Positions 19,820 through 29,592 of a DNA stretch of 64,000 nucleotides are shown one piece after another. Each line of letters starts with the position of its first letter. Within the stretch, counting starts at the first letter, position 1. The position numbers and the translations under genes were made by a program. The DNA is from Halobacteriovoraceae bacterium (lineage in GTDB: Bacteria; Bdellovibrionota; Bacteriovoracia; Bacteriovoracales; Bacteriovoracaceae): assembly GCA_963719505.1 (NCBI GenBank), contig CAVRCF010000001.1, forward strand, positions 512,001-576,000. Direction: 5' to 3'. The notes beneath the pieces are model-generated. The model saw nothing but the letters and a program-made list of their open reading frames with translations. It was not told the DNA's origin and ran no database searches.

Positions 19820-21355
19820 ATATAGTTTCATCTCGTTCATTTTGAATCCTTGTAGCCCAAGAGAATCTAAATAGGAAAAATACCTCTTTTTTGTTGTGTT
19901 AAACCCTTCCAGATCTTTTAACTCGTAGTGAAGGAACAAAAGAGTTTTAAAGATTGGAACCTTATTGTGAGCTTCTGCTAAGAGTTTGAAACTTAATATT
20001 TCTGCAGATCTATAATTTCTTTTTTCAATTTCAATCTGGATGAGGTACTCGAGAAGGATTTTCGATTTAGGAGTCTCTGACAAATTTTCAAAGAAGTAGT
20101 CACGAGTTTTGTTAAGTCTGATATTATTTGAGAGAGTTTGACCTACGAGCAGTATTAAAAGAAGTGAGCAAATTGAAAGAAATATTTTTTGTTTCTTCAT
20201 GTCAAATGTTGAAAGCGCTAATAGAAAAAATGCAAGTGATGTATAAAACCAGTGGTCAGCCACTGACGAGTGCTCCATGTAGGTAACATAAAAGAGTCCA
20301 CTTGTTGGAATGAAAAATAGCATTGAGGCGAGTAAATACTTTCTTGTTGGTTTAAAGAGTATAAAAACAGTCAAGAAACCAAAGCAAAAGATAATATTGA
20401 TAAAATGACTTAACTTACTAAATGGAGGATAGACGAGCCAGTTTTTAGTAAGACCAAGGGAAGACTTTACGTAAAAGCCAAGGTGGCTAAAAAAGTTGAG
20501 AGATTTCATCCCTATGACCTCTAAGCTCATCTGGTTTGGTAAAAATGAGACAAAGTAATCGATATATCTTGATGACAAACTTAACTGATCTCTCTTTGAC
20601 TGTAACTCAGAGGTCGTCTTCATTTTTTTCTCATCTGCTCTGTAGTCTGGTGCCTCAGAATAGAACTCACGAACGTTTAATGTATTTGAGCCTGATGCTG
20701 TTACTCCTTTGATGTTCTGAATACCAACGTAAATTGATAGTGAAATGAAGGGAATAAGAATAAGAATATTATGTTTTATTGATCTATTTTTTGTCGGAAT
20801 GAGAACAGGAAAGAGAATTCCTATCGATTTCGTAAAGAGAGACACAGCAAATAGCCAGAAACTTTTATGAACCGAAGTGTTGATATAACGAAAAGCTAGA
20901 ATAATAAATGTAGTGGCTAAAAGTGTTTTTAGTTGAAAAATCCAAAAAATATTTTCAACAGCTAATGGATGAAATAAAAAAAGTAAGAAAATGAACTTCG
21001 AGTTAAAATGACCACTCCTGTCACAGAGATTTTTTAATAAATAGGCATTTAGAAGGTGAATACTTGCGTTTACTAGGCGATAAAGTAAAAACTTTGTCCC
21101 AAAAACCTTAAAGAGAAGCCAAAATACACTATAGGTTAGAGGCCACGCCTTGTAAGAGTCTGACGTAAGATCCCAAAAAACGAAAGGATGATTCGTACTG
21201 GTAACGTGACTATTCTTAAAGATATAGACGTAATCATCCCCAAATGGAGTCGATCCAGCTGAAATTAAGTAAATTAGGTAAAACACAGAGATGACGACAG
21301 GGAAAAATATCTTGTTCTCAGTTACTTTTATCGCCAAATTGTTATAAAATTCCAT
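19805..21355 (-). CDS. GT-C fold (TMTC/PMT-like) membrane glycosyltransferase with C-terminal TPR-like helices
   Basis: FGDD first-loop motif, PLT, HLLNA, LFLFHPLAVE...W, ADHWFY; many TM segments. Confidence 0.7.
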   Translation of the reverse strand: MEFYNNLAIKVTENKIFFPVVISVFYLIYLISAGSTPFGDDYVYIFKNSHVTSTNHPFVFWDLTSDSYKAWPLTYSVFWLLFKVFGTKFLLYRLVNASIHLLNAYLLKNLCDRSGHFNSKFIFLLFLFHPLAVENIFWIFQLKTLLATTFIILAFRYINTSVHKSFWLFAVSLFTKSIGILFPVLIPTKNRSIKHNILILIPFISLSIYVGIQNIKGVTASGSNTLNVREFYSEAPDYRADEKKMKTTSELQSKRDQLSLSSRYIDYFVSFLPNQMSLEVIGMKSLNFFSHLGFYVKSSLGLTKNWLVYPPFSKLSHFINIIFCFGFLTVFILFKPTRKYLLASMLFFIPTSGLFYVTYMEHSSVADHWFYTSLAFFLLALSTFDMKKQKIFLSICSLLLILLVGQTLSNNIRLNKTRDYFFENLSETPKSKILLEYLIQIEIEKRNYRSAEILSFKLLAEAHNKVPIFKTLLFLHYELKDLEGFNTTKKRYFSYLDSLGLQGFKMNEMKLYSLPR

Positions 21356-21423
21356 ATATAATAAAATATATTAATCTCTAACTAATTGAAAGTTAAATAT
21401 AATAGGTTGCGTATAGGAGTTCG

Positions 21424-24120
21424 ATGGAGTCCTTAATTTCAGGTCTGCAGCATTTACGGAATATACCAGGTTTGAGAAAACTTATTCGCCTCTATTATAG
21501 AAAAGGCGAAGCTAAATTAATTAGTAAGCTGTCTTCAATAGAATCCATTGGTTCAATTTACCTGAAGTCCAATTTAAACTCAGCAAGCTTCGATTTCGGT
21601 TTAAGTGATCTAGACTTTGTTATCGTTGTAAAAAATAAAGAACAAGAAAAAGAAATTTCACATATTTTTTCTATCCTAAGCCGTCTCTATCCTTTTATTA
21701 AAGATTATGATTTGTTTACCCTTAATGAGTTAACTTTTTTGACTGAGTTTGGTACTACAAAGTTTTCTAATCATGATGAATGGAAGTTATGTTTTGGAGA
21801 GAAACTTGAGTTGCCCAACTATTATTATCACCCTTTTAAATTTTATTGTGATCAAATTGATGAACTCTATTTTCTCGTTCTTTGGTTATATGAAAACTTA
21901 AAGGTTAGAAAAAGCGGATATCGTAAGATTGCGATTATTCGAACTTTAAAGAAAATTTTCTCTGTCATAGAGTGGATAGAAAATCCAAAAAAGTTTTCTC
22001 GACCAATGAAACAGAAGTTCTCACAAGATGAGACCTTATTGCTTGAAAGTGTTTACAAATCTTCTTTCAAAGATAATTGGATTAATTATATTCAAGGTAT
22101 AAAATTCTTTGAAGAGTATAGTTCACTTATTCAAAGCTCTTTTATGGTTGGTGAAGACCTCTCCTTTCCCCGAGACTTCGAAAGATATTGTTTTTCTGAT
22201 CACATCTCTTCAAAAAAAGTTGTTCATATTAGCCAGGCTCTTTACGAGAATTTTTATCTGTGTGGATCAATCGACCCAAGTCTTTTAGAGCGGGTTTCAG
22301 ATAGGAACCCTTCTCATCCCTATGGTGCCCTTTTAGAACTTAGAGCACATGCACTTGCTATAAGTGGACTTCATTCAAGTTACAATTTTTCAAAAAGATC
22401 ATTGAAATTAGAGACCGTCGTCGCAGACGTTCACAAAATTAACTCCACTTTTAAGGAGCCAATAAAATTCCTTGGTTCTAGTAACTTAGTTTCTGTCCAT
22501 TGGGGTGAGTCAAAGCAAAGAGAGATTGCTGTTGCAGTGGCGAAGCATTTCCTCACAAAGCAAAAAGGGAACTTTAATCATATTCATGTGTCTTTGGGTG
22601 AGGACAAGCAATGCTTCTATGGAGTGGATGAAATCTGGATTGATTGTGATCCAGGGCAGGCATGGCATAAAGAAGCCTTATATAATTTTGCTTTCTATTT
22701 TTGCTTTGGAGCTAAAAAATATATCTTTTCTGATGCAGAGGTTTATTGTGAAAAGGAAACGTGGCTAGAATCAACATTTAACTCTCTTGATCATAAAGAC
22801 TTTGTTCACGGTTTTCGAAAAGTGGTCGACTCTGAAGATTCTACTTACAATGATTATTCATGGACCTATAAACAGACTAAACTTAGTGGTGGTAACTCAG
22901 CTCAGGGGCTTGTCTGGGGAGTCACGTCCAAGCTTCTTCAGAGAATTGGTGGTATTCCCGACTACTGTCCTGATGGGAGTAACGACTCCTTGTTTGTTGA
23001 GACAGTAACAGGAATTCCCATGGGCCTTTCGAGTAGTGCATCTTGGTACTACGGAGATTCCTTTTCAGTGGTAGAAGATGTCGAGTATGGATTTGCTGAT
23101 TTTGAAGTCATCCACGTCAATCATGGAAAACAGAGGCTTTACTCAAACAGAATGGAAGTTATGGGGATAGTTGGGAATTATCTTAGATCGTTATTTTCAA
23201 AAAACTCGATTGGTATATTTCAAAATGTTAATAAGACTAACAAGATTCCGCCCTTTGGTGATCTCTTTGAGTTATCTATAAATAAGACTTTGCCACTTCT
23301 CAATAACCTCAGAAAAGAAAATTTCATTAAAGACCCAGACCTACTTTTTTTGCGCTTTGGTGATGGATTGGAGTCAAATATTCGTTTCATTAACTGCCTT
23401 GGTGTTTGTGAACATTTAGACGGAGAAGATATTTTAAAAATAGGATCTTTCGTTAACGAAAAGAGTAAGATTGTTATTCACTATAAACTAAAAGATCTAA
23501 TTTTGACTGAACTTCGCGCTGTTCGTTTTATTTTTAACCCACTAGAGGAAAAAGAACAAAAGCTAACTGGCAAGGCTTTTATTGATTGGAAAGAAGAGCC
23601 ATTTTGTAACAACCTAGCACGAGTAAGTACTGAAGTACTCCCTTTCGAGTATTTAGTTCTTGGGCTTAAAGATATATCAGAGCTAAGCTTTGAATTTGAG
23701 TTAAACTACCTAAAACCAAATCAAGTCATTCATCTCCCACGTCCACAGGAGAGCTCTATTAGTATGGTTCACTCTTGGGATGAAGAAAGTGTAATGGATA
23801 ATATTATTCATAATTCAAAGGACGAATATATTGAAATGCCTGACTTTCTCGAGTCTGATCACTGGTATGCTTTAGAGATAGATTGCTCTAACGTCAAAGA
23901 CCAGTGCTACTCTGCAGGCTTTTATTTCGGAGCTGATCTAAAGTCAGTAACGCAACTTCGATACTTCTCAAATACAACTGATAAATATCAACGAATTCAA
24001 GTCTTACTGACAAAAGACTTAGGTCTTTTAAAGCTTGGTTTACACTTCGAAAAAGCTGGTGGCGGGGAATCCATTAGTATTAAGATTCTCAAAAGGTCTA
24101 ATTTAAGTTCCAGTCAATAG
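21424..24120 (+). CDS. large multidomain protein: Pol-beta-type nucleotidyltransferase-like N-terminus plus GT-A glycosyltransferase-like central domain
   Basis: SIYLKS...GLSDLDFVIV; WHKEALYN...IFSDAEV...GLVWG...IGGIPD..PDGSND. Confidence 0.55.
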   Translation: MESLISGLQHLRNIPGLRKLIRLYYRKGEAKLISKLSSIESIGSIYLKSNLNSASFDFGLSDLDFVIVVKNKEQEKEISHIFSILSRLYPFIKDYDLFTLNELTFLTEFGTTKFSNHDEWKLCFGEKLELPNYYYHPFKFYCDQIDELYFLVLWLYENLKVRKSGYRKIAIIRTLKKIFSVIEWIENPKKFSRPMKQKFSQDETLLLESVYKSSFKDNWINYIQGIKFFEEYSSLIQSSFMVGEDLSFPRDFERYCFSDHISSKKVVHISQALYENFYLCGSIDPSLLERVSDRNPSHPYGALLELRAHALAISGLHSSYNFSKRSLKLETVVADVHKINSTFKEPIKFLGSSNLVSVHWGESKQREIAVAVAKHFLTKQKGNFNHIHVSLGEDKQCFYGVDEIWIDCDPGQAWHKEALYNFAFYFCFGAKKYIFSDAEVYCEKETWLESTFNSLDHKDFVHGFRKVVDSEDSTYNDYSWTYKQTKLSGGNSAQGLVWGVTSKLLQRIGGIPDYCPDGSNDSLFVETVTGIPMGLSSSASWYYGDSFSVVEDVEYGFADFEVIHVNHGKQRLYSNRMEVMGIVGNYLRSLFSKNSIGIFQNVNKTNKIPPFGDLFELSINKTLPLLNNLRKENFIKDPDLLFLRFGDGLESNIRFINCLGVCEHLDGEDILKIGSFVNEKSKIVIHYKLKDLILTELRAVRFIFNPLEEKEQKLTGKAFIDWKEEPFCNNLARVSTEVLPFEYLVLGLKDISELSFEFELNYLKPNQVIHLPRPQESSISMVHSWDEESVMDNIIHNSKDEYIEMPDFLESDHWYALEIDCSNVKDQCYSAGFYFGADLKSVTQLRYFSNTTDKYQRIQVLLTKDLGLLKLGLHFEKAGGGESISIKILKRSNLSSSQ

Positions 24121-24769
24121 GCTTTTTGTTTTGAGAAAGTAAGTACTCGTTAGTTAATGAAAAGTGTTTATTCCCTCTGAATTTTGTGACTGAGAATGGA
24201 GATGGATGTGCAGATTCTAAAACGAGGTGCCTGCTTCGATCTATATGTTCACCTTTCTTCTTTGCATCATTTCCCCATAAGATAAAAACTAACTTTGAAC
24301 CTTTTTCATTTAGATTTCTGATAATCTCGTCTGAGAATATTTCCCATCCCTTTTTTCTGTGAGAGCCAGGTGATGATTTCTCGACTGTAAAAACACTATT
24401 GAGTAAAAGGACACCTTGCTTGGCCCAGTAGGTAAGGTCTCCGTGATCTGGAGGAGATATTTCTAAGTCGGTTTCAATCTCTTTATAAATATTTTTTAAT
24501 GAAGGAGGAATCTTTTGATCTTCCTTAACAGAAAATGAGAGGCCATGTGCTTGACCTTGGCCATGATAAGGATCCTGTCCAATAATAATAACCTTAGTCT
24601 TTTCGAGATCGGCATATTTAAAAGCATTAAAAATATCATGCGCTGGTGGAAAAACTTCCTTTTTCTCATTTTTTTCTTTCTCTAAAAAGGCGAGAAGACT
24701 TTTGAAGTAATCCTTACAAACTTCTTTCTCTATAATTTTGAGCCAGTTCTTTTTAATCCCATGAAACAT
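24098..24769 (-). CDS. ung: uracil-DNA glycosylase
   Basis: GQDPYH, AHGLSFSV, QGVLLLN, HPSP. Confidence 0.97.
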   Translation of the reverse strand: MFHGIKKNWLKIIEKEVCKDYFKSLLAFLEKEKNEKKEVFPPAHDIFNAFKYADLEKTKVIIIGQDPYHGQGQAHGLSFSVKEDQKIPPSLKNIYKEIETDLEISPPDHGDLTYWAKQGVLLLNSVFTVEKSSPGSHRKKGWEIFSDEIIRNLNEKGSKLVFILWGNDAKKKGEHIDRSRHLVLESAHPSPFSVTKFRGNKHFSLTNEYLLSQNKKPIDWNLN

Positions 24770-25202
24770 CGTCAACTCCAAGTTCCCTTGAAACAAGGTT
24801 TGGTTCAAATCCTCTTGCTATTAGATAGCGCAAGACTTTTAGCATGCTTTTGCTGTCGTTATCTTTGGATCTTTGTCTGATAGTCTGTTTTAACACATCC
24901 AACTCAAGTATCTGATATTCATCTCTCAATGCGTTGATTTCATCTTCACTAAGGATTAAGCTTTCAGTCTTGAGTTTTGCTAAAATATATCTATTTCCAT
25001 AGCCATTTTTGAGTAAGACGACAGCCCTATTTTCAGAATATCTTCGGTCATTAAGATAGTTTTTCTGTTTTAGTGCTGCAAGTGCATCATCAATTTCTGT
25101 TTTTGAAAATTCTTTCTTCTCTAGTGCAAGTCTAAGTTTACTAGATGAATAGTCTTTTTTTGAAAGTAGTTTTACTGATGTTTGTAAAGCGTTTGATTTC
25201 AT
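24753..25202 (-). CDS. recX: RecA regulator RecX
   Basis: LLS.KDYS, YLNDRRY and RYLIARGF motifs; lies directly downstream of recA. Confidence 0.85.
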   Translation of the reverse strand: MKSNALQTSVKLLSKKDYSSSKLRLALEKKEFSKTEIDDALAALKQKNYLNDRRYSENRAVVLLKNGYGNRYILAKLKTESLILSEDEINALRDEYQILELDVLKQTIRQRSKDNDSKSMLKVLRYLIARGFEPNLVSRELGVDDVSWD

Positions 25203-25218
25203 TATTGAGAAGGTGTTG

Positions 25219-25247
25219 GAAAAGCCTGAGCGTTAATGCCCAGGCTT
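25219..25247 (-). terminator. intrinsic terminator after recA
   Basis: Minus strand AAGCCTGGGC-attaac-GCTCAGGCTTTT. Confidence 0.65.
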
Positions 25248-25260
25248 AAAAGTATTAAAC

Positions 25261-26376
25261 TTATTGTAATTTTTTAGACTTCTTTGTTTTTTTCGCTGGA
25301 GCTGCTTCTACTTCTGATTCCTCAGCAATTTCGCCTGTCTCCATATTTACTGCTGCTACTGCATCTGGGTCAGTGGCTAAACCATGCTTCGCTAAAACTT
25401 TGATTCTAATCTCTTCCATGACCTGTGGGTTATCCATCAAGAATTTTTTAGAATTTTCACGACCTTGTCCAATTTTCTCATTATTGTATGAGTACCAAGC
25501 ACCAGCTTTTTCAACAATGTTCTCTTTAACAGCAAGATCAAGAAGATCACCCTCTTTAGAGATACCAGTTCCGTACATAATATCGAATTCAATTTCTCTA
25601 AATGGAGGTGCAACTTTATTTTTAACAACTTTTATTCTTGTTCTGTTTCCAGTGACATCATCACCTTCTTTGATGGCACCAATTCTTCTAATATCCATTC
25701 TTACAGAAGAGTAGAATTTAAGGGCATTTCCACCAGTTGTAGTTTCAGGGTTACCAAACATAACACCAATCTTCATTCTTAGTTGGTTAATAAAGATAAC
25801 TGTACAGTTTGATCTTGAGATTGAACCTGTTAGTTTTCTAAGGGCTTGTGACATAAGTCTTGCTTGAAGTCCCATGTGTGAATCACCCATGTCTCCTTCA
25901 AGTTCAGCTCTTGGAGTAAGTGCAGCAACTGAGTCGACAATGAGAAGATTAACTGCGCCAGATCTTACTAACATATCTGTAATTTCTAGTGCTTGCTCAC
26001 CACTGTCTGGTTGAGAAATTAGAGTATTTGGAATATCTACTCCAAGATTCGAAGCATAAGTAGTATCAAGAGCGTGCTCAGCATCTACAAAAGCTACTGT
26101 ACCACCAGCTTTCTGACATTCAGCAGCGATATGAAGTGTAAGAGTTGTTTTACCAGAAGACTCAGGTCCGTAGATTTCAACAATTCTTCCTTGAGGAATT
26201 CCACCGATACCAAGAGCAAGATCTATTCCTAGTGATCCAGTAGAAATGGCTGGCATTTTTTCTTAGGGCTCCCATCAAGTTTCATGATTGCACCTTTACC
26301 AAATTGCTTTTCAATTCCTGATAGTGCAAGGTCTAAAGCTTTCTTTTTGTTGTCGTCTGAAGTTGTGTTGTGCCAT
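25261..26376 (-). CDS. recA: recombinase RecA; the first 40 codons carry two compensating frameshifts
   Basis: [35 protein letters not shown] and ATG at 26376; the N-terminal [21 protein letters not shown] helix reads in a different frame. Confidence 0.95.
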
Positions 26377-26487
26377 GATTTTTTCTCCCTCAATTTATAA
26401 TTGTGTGATTTAAAGTTATCACTGTTGTTAGTTAGCCAAGCAATTTACGGATAAAGTACGGATGAGGTAAATACCCGAATTATTTGA

Positions 26488-26985
26488 TCAATTAAATAAA
26501 GGTAAGTAAATTTTGATCAGTACTACTGCTATACCTGCATAAAGACCACTTATGACATCATCAATTATCGTCCCAGAACCATGAAGAATTTTTTTATCAA
26601 AGTAGCTGGCCGGCCATATTTTTATGATATCAAAGGCCCTAAAGACTAAGAATACAAGACTCAAATCGAGAATATTTACGCTCGGAAAGACAAAGCACCA
26701 AGTTATTAGCATGCCGATAACCTCGTCAATGACAATCCAACCAGGGTCATGGATGTGATATTTTTTTTGAATAAAATCTGCGACAAAACACGCAAGTATT
26801 GTGAGGACGGCAATAAGCGAAATTAGTACGGATAATCCGAACTCACAGAGGAAGAATAAGTAAATGAAAGGAATTGTTGCAAGGCTTCCAGCTGTACCTG
26901 GGGCTTTGGGAGCATATCCACTTCCAAAAAATGTTAAAAATAAAAGAGAAGCCTTCTCTTTAAAAGGTTTATTTTGTTTTTTCAT
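26488..26985 (-). CDS. pgpA: phosphatidylglycerophosphatase A
   Basis: APGTAGSL, DPGWIVIDEVIG, FRAFDIIK, DDVISG. Confidence 0.93.
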   Translation of the reverse strand: MKKQNKPFKEKASLLFLTFFGSGYAPKAPGTAGSLATIPFIYLFFLCEFGLSVLISLIAVLTILACFVADFIQKKYHIHDPGWIVIDEVIGMLITWCFVFPSVNILDLSLVFLVFRAFDIIKIWPASYFDKKILHGSGTIIDDVISGLYAGIAVVLIKIYLPLFN

Positions 26986-27040
26986 TAGAGATAGGATAAC
27001 TTTGGCACCCCTATATGAAAATATTTAATTTGGAAACTGA

Positions 27041-28279
27041 ATGGACTTGAGTCAACTAACAAAAGACTTTCATTTTAATTGGGAATCCTTCGACATCATA
27101 GTGGGAGGTAAATCCTCTATCGATGCACAACGCTACCTTTCTCATTTTGATGGGAAAAAGTCTGCTGACAAGTTTTTGGCGGGTTACGGTTTTAATATTA
27201 CAGACCCCATTCAAGCAGCTGAACTCTTTGGTAATTTTCAAGAAGCTATTCAATTTATAAAACGCTATTTTTTAAAAGACGGTAATGACGAAGGTTTGAA
27301 TGTAAAAATTCCAAATGTTTTTTACTCCATTACAGATGTTTCAAAGCTGCTGCTTATTGCGACTCAAAAAATATCAGGGGAGACTTCTAAAGAGGAAGCT
27401 ATTTGGGCAAGTGTTATTTTAAAAGTGATGCACACGATTTTACATACTGATAAGGATCTTCGTTATCGCTATTTTACAACGATACAAACTCAAATTTTCG
27501 ATAGATTTTATCGTTTTTTACAAAGAGATGAAAACAACAAACTTTTTCTTGAGTCGGAGGACGGTGAATTCAAAATTCCCATCGTTGAGTTTGAGACAAA
27601 GTCCAAAAAAACAAGAGAAAGTACTATTATTAAGCTTCTCCATAAAAAAGAAAATGTCGCAGAGGAGCTATTCGATAGAATTGGGATAAGAATTGTCGCA
27701 AAAAATAAAATTGATGTTTTAAGGGTTATTGATTTTCTTGTACAAAACTATTTGATAATAGCTAATAATATCAAGCCTAGTCGTTCACAAAACACTCTTT
27801 TTGATATGGTAAAGTTAGAACAAAACTATGACGAATTTGTCGAAAAAAGATTGTCTCAGATTGATGAGTCAATGGTTGCCGAAGAATTAGAAGTCATTGC
27901 AAAAAACTCCCTTTTTAAACCAATAAAATCTCAAAACAATGAGCACTCATCAATTGACTATAGAGCAATTCATTTTACGTGCAGACAGCTGATTAAATAC
28001 AAGAGTCCTTTTGTAAAATCATTCAGCGATATAAAAGACCTGGCCAAAAAAGAAGACTCGGAGCTTGCTAAAAAAATTCTTAGTTTAGACACAAGCTTTG
28101 TCTCTCAAGATGTTAGATTTTTTTATCCTTACGAAGTTCAGATAACAGACCTAGAAAGCCATCAAGAGAATACTGTGGGTGAGGCTTCGCATTTAGAGTA
28201 CAAAAAATCTCAACTTCAATCAGCAATGAAGAGACTTTTCAAACCTCTTATTGACTTGAAAAAATTGGATGTTGATTAG
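27041..28279 (+). CDS. RelA/SpoT synthetase-like nucleotidyltransferase domain protein (TIGR04552-like)
   Basis: DRIGIRIV, YRAIHFT, EVQI and SHLEYK parallel the RelA/SpoT SYNTH motifs; no HD domain is recognisable. Confidence 0.7.
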   Translation: MDLSQLTKDFHFNWESFDIIVGGKSSIDAQRYLSHFDGKKSADKFLAGYGFNITDPIQAAELFGNFQEAIQFIKRYFLKDGNDEGLNVKIPNVFYSITDVSKLLLIATQKISGETSKEEAIWASVILKVMHTILHTDKDLRYRYFTTIQTQIFDRFYRFLQRDENNKLFLESEDGEFKIPIVEFETKSKKTRESTIIKLLHKKENVAEELFDRIGIRIVAKNKIDVLRVIDFLVQNYLIIANNIKPSRSQNTLFDMVKLEQNYDEFVEKRLSQIDESMVAEELEVIAKNSLFKPIKSQNNEHSSIDYRAIHFTCRQLIKYKSPFVKSFSDIKDLAKKEDSELAKKILSLDTSFVSQDVRFFYPYEVQITDLESHQENTVGEASHLEYKKSQLQSAMKRLFKPLIDLKKLDVD

Positions 28280-29157
28280 GATTCAATAAATTCTATCATT
28301 CTTTCGTTCACAAACTTGGGAAAATCAACTTGAGGAACATGACTCCCATTTTTAACAAGGTAGAGTTCAGCGTTCGGTAGTGAGTCAGCTAGAAGTCTTT
28401 GAAGGTAATTGGGAATGACCTTGTCTTTGTCGCCACCAATAACAAGTGTTTTCGTTTTAATAATTTCGACCTCACCTAATATTTGATGGATTTGCATCTG
28501 ATCGAGAAGTTGAAAAAAAAGCTCGGGTCCAAGTTGACCTAATTTATTAAGGTAGACCTCTATAAATTCACTGGGAACAGTTTTGATATTAAAACCCCCA
28601 GCGTGGATAAGCTTCTTAATGATAGGGTTCCAGCCACCAAACTTCCAAAAGGTTTTAAAAGCGGCGGGGTAGGCTTTTAAAAGTTTTTTTATATAGGGTT
28701 GGACTTGGTCTACAACATTACTGTCGAACATGATGTCGTAAACAGGTATTGTCGTTCCCGATATGAGAATCTGCTTTGACGCTACATCTGGAAAGCGTTT
28801 ATTAAACTCAAGACTAATATTTACTCCCATACTGTGCCCAATTAAAATAGGATTTTTTATCTTTAAATGGTTGATGAGTCCGTAAAGATCATTTGTCATG
28901 TTCTCAAAGGTAATCGAATCAAGATCCTCGATGCCACTTGACTGATAATGTCCCCGATAGTCATGAACTAAGATTCTGTAACCTTTTTCATCAAAGTAGT
29001 CTAGCTGATGAACCCAGTGGTGGTTGCTGCAGACAAGACCGTAATTGAAAATAAGAATTCCCTCGTTGGATTCATGTTCGAACGGATCGAAGTTTGTTTG
29101 AAAAAATATCTGTTGGTTATCAAGGGTTTTAAAATAGTTTGTATAGAGGTTATTCAT
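28276..29157 (-). CDS. alpha/beta hydrolase
   Basis: DYRGH, GHSMG nucleophile elbow, D.VIP, GSH. Confidence 0.9.
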   Translation of the reverse strand: MNNLYTNYFKTLDNQQIFFQTNFDPFEHESNEGILIFNYGLVCSNHHWVHQLDYFDEKGYRILVHDYRGHYQSSGIEDLDSITFENMTNDLYGLINHLKIKNPILIGHSMGVNISLEFNKRFPDVASKQILISGTTIPVYDIMFDSNVVDQVQPYIKKLLKAYPAAFKTFWKFGGWNPIIKKLIHAGGFNIKTVPSEFIEVYLNKLGQLGPELFFQLLDQMQIHQILGEVEIIKTKTLVIGGDKDKVIPNYLQRLLADSLPNAELYLVKNGSHVPQVDFPKFVNERMIEFIES

Positions 29158-29564
29158 TCTTTACTCTTTTGAATGTCCTTTAGGACACCGACTAGTTCTG
29201 GGGCTTCTTTTAAAATCTTCTCTGTTGCTGTGTTGAGCTTTTCTCTGTAAGACTCGCTAATAGTCTGTACTGCACTTGTGACAGAAAGACTGCAGCTGCC
29301 AACACTTATTTTATCTCCAATTTTTATCTCTTTAAAACCTGTTGTTCTTTTACCGTTAATAAGAATGAATTTTGTCTTTTTACTTAAGTGGCATAAAATT
29401 TTAGACTCAACAATTTCAATGAAGAAATGATTTAAATTGAGAAGTGGGTCATCGAGATAGAGGTCCGAGCCAGTATCCCTACCAAAGTAAATAAGATTTT
29501 TGTTAAAGGTGTATATACCCTTTTTATCTAGTTCTTCTGATTGTTCTACGTTGATGCTTATCAT
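29154..29564 (-). CDS. FHA domain protein
   Basis: FGR....D...., H, INGK, GDKI.VG pattern; the conserved Ser is missing. Confidence 0.7.
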   Translation of the reverse strand: MISINVEQSEELDKKGIYTFNKNLIYFGRDTGSDLYLDDPLLNLNHFFIEIVESKILCHLSKKTKFILINGKRTTGFKEIKIGDKISVGSCSLSVTSAVQTISESYREKLNTATEKILKEAPELVGVLKDIQKSKE

Positions 29565-29592
29565 AAGCTTATTCTAGCTTGAAAGATCAACT

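Noticed and set aside
18809-24120. Lasso-peptide/RiPP cluster suggested by HprK-like and nucleotidyltransferase genes
   Set aside because: No precursor peptide, PqqD/RRE, asparagine-synthetase-like cyclase or B protease in the region.
26256-26376. Programmed frameshifting or phase variation in recA, lon2 or the RHS gene
   Set aside because: Several indels cluster within about 100 bp, with no canonical slippery site plus stimulator or long repeat tract; assembly error is simpler.
26440-26480. TACGGAT direct repeat upstream of recA as a LexA box
   Set aside because: Does not match a LexA consensus I can support, and was not noticed before other repair genes in the window.
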